Assembly (NCBI GenBank): GCA_019057865.1
Contig: JAHLWP010000013.1
Coordinates: forward strand, 1-64,000
Source: Promethearchaeota archaeon
Lineage (GTDB): Archaea > Asgardarchaeota > Lokiarchaeia > Sigyniarchaeales > SOKP01
Length of the DNA: 64,000 nucleotides
Direction: 5' to 3'
Shown: piece after piece, positions 62,684-64,000 of the stretch
Numbering within the stretch: the first letter of the stretch is position 1
Layout: every line of letters starts with the position of its first letter
Position numbers and translations under genes: made by a program
Notes under the pieces: generated by a model
Told to the model about the DNA's origin: nothing
The model's database searches: none
Seen by the model: only the letters and a program-made list of their open reading frames with translations

Positions 62684-63874
62684 ATGATTAAAGTCGGTCT
62701 CATATATACTGATGAATATCAAAAATACAACTTTGGAAAAGAACACCCATTAAGACCTTTAAGACTTAAATTAACATATGGTCTTATGGAGAAGTTACAC
62801 CTGTTAGATAATCCAATATTAGAAAAATTTTCTCCTCGTTTAGCAACTAAAGAAGAATTAGAAAGAGTTCACTCATCTGAATATATCGAAATTGTTAAAA
62901 AATTAAGTAAAAATCCTAATGAAAGTACAATTCAACCTTATATCTATGGTTTAGGGCCAGGAGATAACCCCATTTTTAAAGGAATGTATGAAGCTTCAGC
63001 ATTAATATGTGGAGCCAGTATTAGAGCAGCAGACAAAGTATGGAATGACGAAAATTTTACTATTGCCTTTAATCCCGCAGGTGGATTGCATCACGCTCAA
63101 AAAAGTAAGGCATCAGGGTTTTGTATTTTTAATGATATTGCTGTAGCTATACACTATTTAAAAACTTTAAAAAAGGATATAAGAATCGCTTATCTTGATA
63201 TAGATTGTCACCACGGAGATGGTGTTCAATGGTTATTTTATGATGATCCAAATGTTCTAACTGTATCATATCACCAAAGCGGAAAATATTTATTTCCAGG
63301 AAGTGGAGATGTAAATGAAATAGGTGAGGAAAAAGGAAAAGGATATTCATTAAATTTCCCCTTACTACCAGATACTAGCAATAAAATGTTTATGAAATTA
63401 TTTCGAAGGACTATTCCTAAGATTCTAGAAGCTTATTCTCCGGATATATTATTTACACAACTTGGTGTAGATACTTATTTTAATGACCCACTAACTCAAA
63501 TGGGTTTTTCCATTTCTATCTATAGGGATATTGCTCAAACTATAAAAACTTGTTCAAGAAATTATTGCCAAAATAAGTGGGTCGCTTTAGGTGGAGGAGG
63601 ATATTTATTAACCGTTGTACCACGGGCTTGGACATTGTTTTTAGCGAAGATGCTCGATATAGATTTAGAAAATAAGTTACCAGATAGCTGGATAAAGGAA
63701 ATTAAAGAACAAGTTCCCTATGAAGATACTCCATATCTATTATGGGATCGAAATGATAAAACTGAACTCTTGCTACTAAAATATCCTGAATTAGCGAAAA
63801 AAATGTTAGATTATAACAATTCTCTAATCAAAATTTGTGAAGAAAAATACTTACCAAGTTTAACTAAAACTTGA
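62684..63874 (+). CDS. Histone deacetylase family / AcuC-like Zn-dependent deacetylase
   Basis: HPLRP.R, GPGDNP, GGLHHA..ASGFC..ND, DIDCHHGDG, DPL, GGGGY. Confidence 0.92.
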   Translation: MIKVGLIYTDEYQKYNFGKEHPLRPLRLKLTYGLMEKLHLLDNPILEKFSPRLATKEELERVHSSEYIEIVKKLSKNPNESTIQPYIYGLGPGDNPIFKGMYEASALICGASIRAADKVWNDENFTIAFNPAGGLHHAQKSKASGFCIFNDIAVAIHYLKTLKKDIRIAYLDIDCHHGDGVQWLFYDDPNVLTVSYHQSGKYLFPGSGDVNEIGEEKGKGYSLNFPLLPDTSNKMFMKLFRRTIPKILEAYSPDILFTQLGVDTYFNDPLTQMGFSISIYRDIAQTIKTCSRNYCQNKWVALGGGGYLLTVVPRAWTLFLAKMLDIDLENKLPDSWIKEIKEQVPYEDTPYLLWDRNDKTELLLLKYPELAKKMLDYNNSLIKICEEKYLPSLTKT

Positions 63875-63935
63875 ATCTAGAAAATTGATAATGTTAATAA
63901 AAAAAAGAAAAAGTAAGTTAAATATTAAAAATAAT

Positions 63936-64000
63936 TTATTCTTCCATCTTTTCTGCTATTTTTAGCTTTATCTTGTCCCAAGCTTTATCAATTGCTTTTT
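63936..64000 (-). CDS. 3' end of a gene entering from the right (…KAIDKAWDKIKLKIAEKMEE*)
   Basis: Open frame with protein-like sequence ending in TAA at 63936. Confidence 0.4.
   Translation of the reverse strand, partial: KAIDKAWDKIKLKIAEKMEE

Noticed and set aside
5548-63350. Short overlapping ORFs (5548, 6375, 8514, 9760, 10562, 15713, 16770, 24046, 27379, 27741, 28881, 31702, 32810, 42895, 44166, 53460, 54755, 59436, 60015, 63147)
   Set aside because: Antisense or out-of-frame to well-supported genes, or motif-less low-complexity ORFs

Overview
Very AT-rich archaeal DNA, most likely Lokiarchaeia (Asgard archaea). The assignment rests on a roadblock protein next to a longin-GTPase, a Rab-like GTPase, ubiquitin E1/E2-like genes, a Loki-type C-terminal anchor and an archaeal C1:G72 tRNA-Tyr with bulge-helix-bulge (BHB) introns. 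Bases 1-39.6 kb form a large surface-glycan locus: about 14 GT2/GT4/GT-B genes, 3-4 GT-C-like membrane proteins, a flippase, two epimerases and a ferredoxin/FrhB-pyruvyltransferase fusion. The locus contains a phosphonate cassette (PEP mutase-nucleotidyltransferase, Fe-ADH, LicC-like nucleotidyltransferase, phosphonopyruvate decarboxylase) next to a sulfatase-fold candidate transferase. It shows many turnover scars: a 600-bp tandem duplication, a chimeric GT, an IS630 relic bracketing a beta-helix gene, a GC-rich methyltransferase island and a collapsed 'ghost' GT gene. Bases 39.6-64 kb are core/eukaryotic-signature genes: roadblock, longin-GTPase with proline repeats, aspartokinase, Rab-like GTPase, ASKHA/RACo, a 2121-aa 18-repeat protein, E1, HAD, E2, tRNA-Tyr, an M1 peptidase, PDCD5 and an HDAC. 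The highlights are (i) an intact free-standing LAGLIDADG endonuclease between a two-intron tRNA-Tyr and a diverged duplicate of that tRNA's intron plus 3' half, (ii) predicted 2-hydroxyethylphosphonate glycan synthesis in an Asgard archaeon, and (iii) four genes that appear to start at ATT/ATC behind good Shine-Dalgarno motifs. All calls come from manual reading and motif recognition; no database searches were run.
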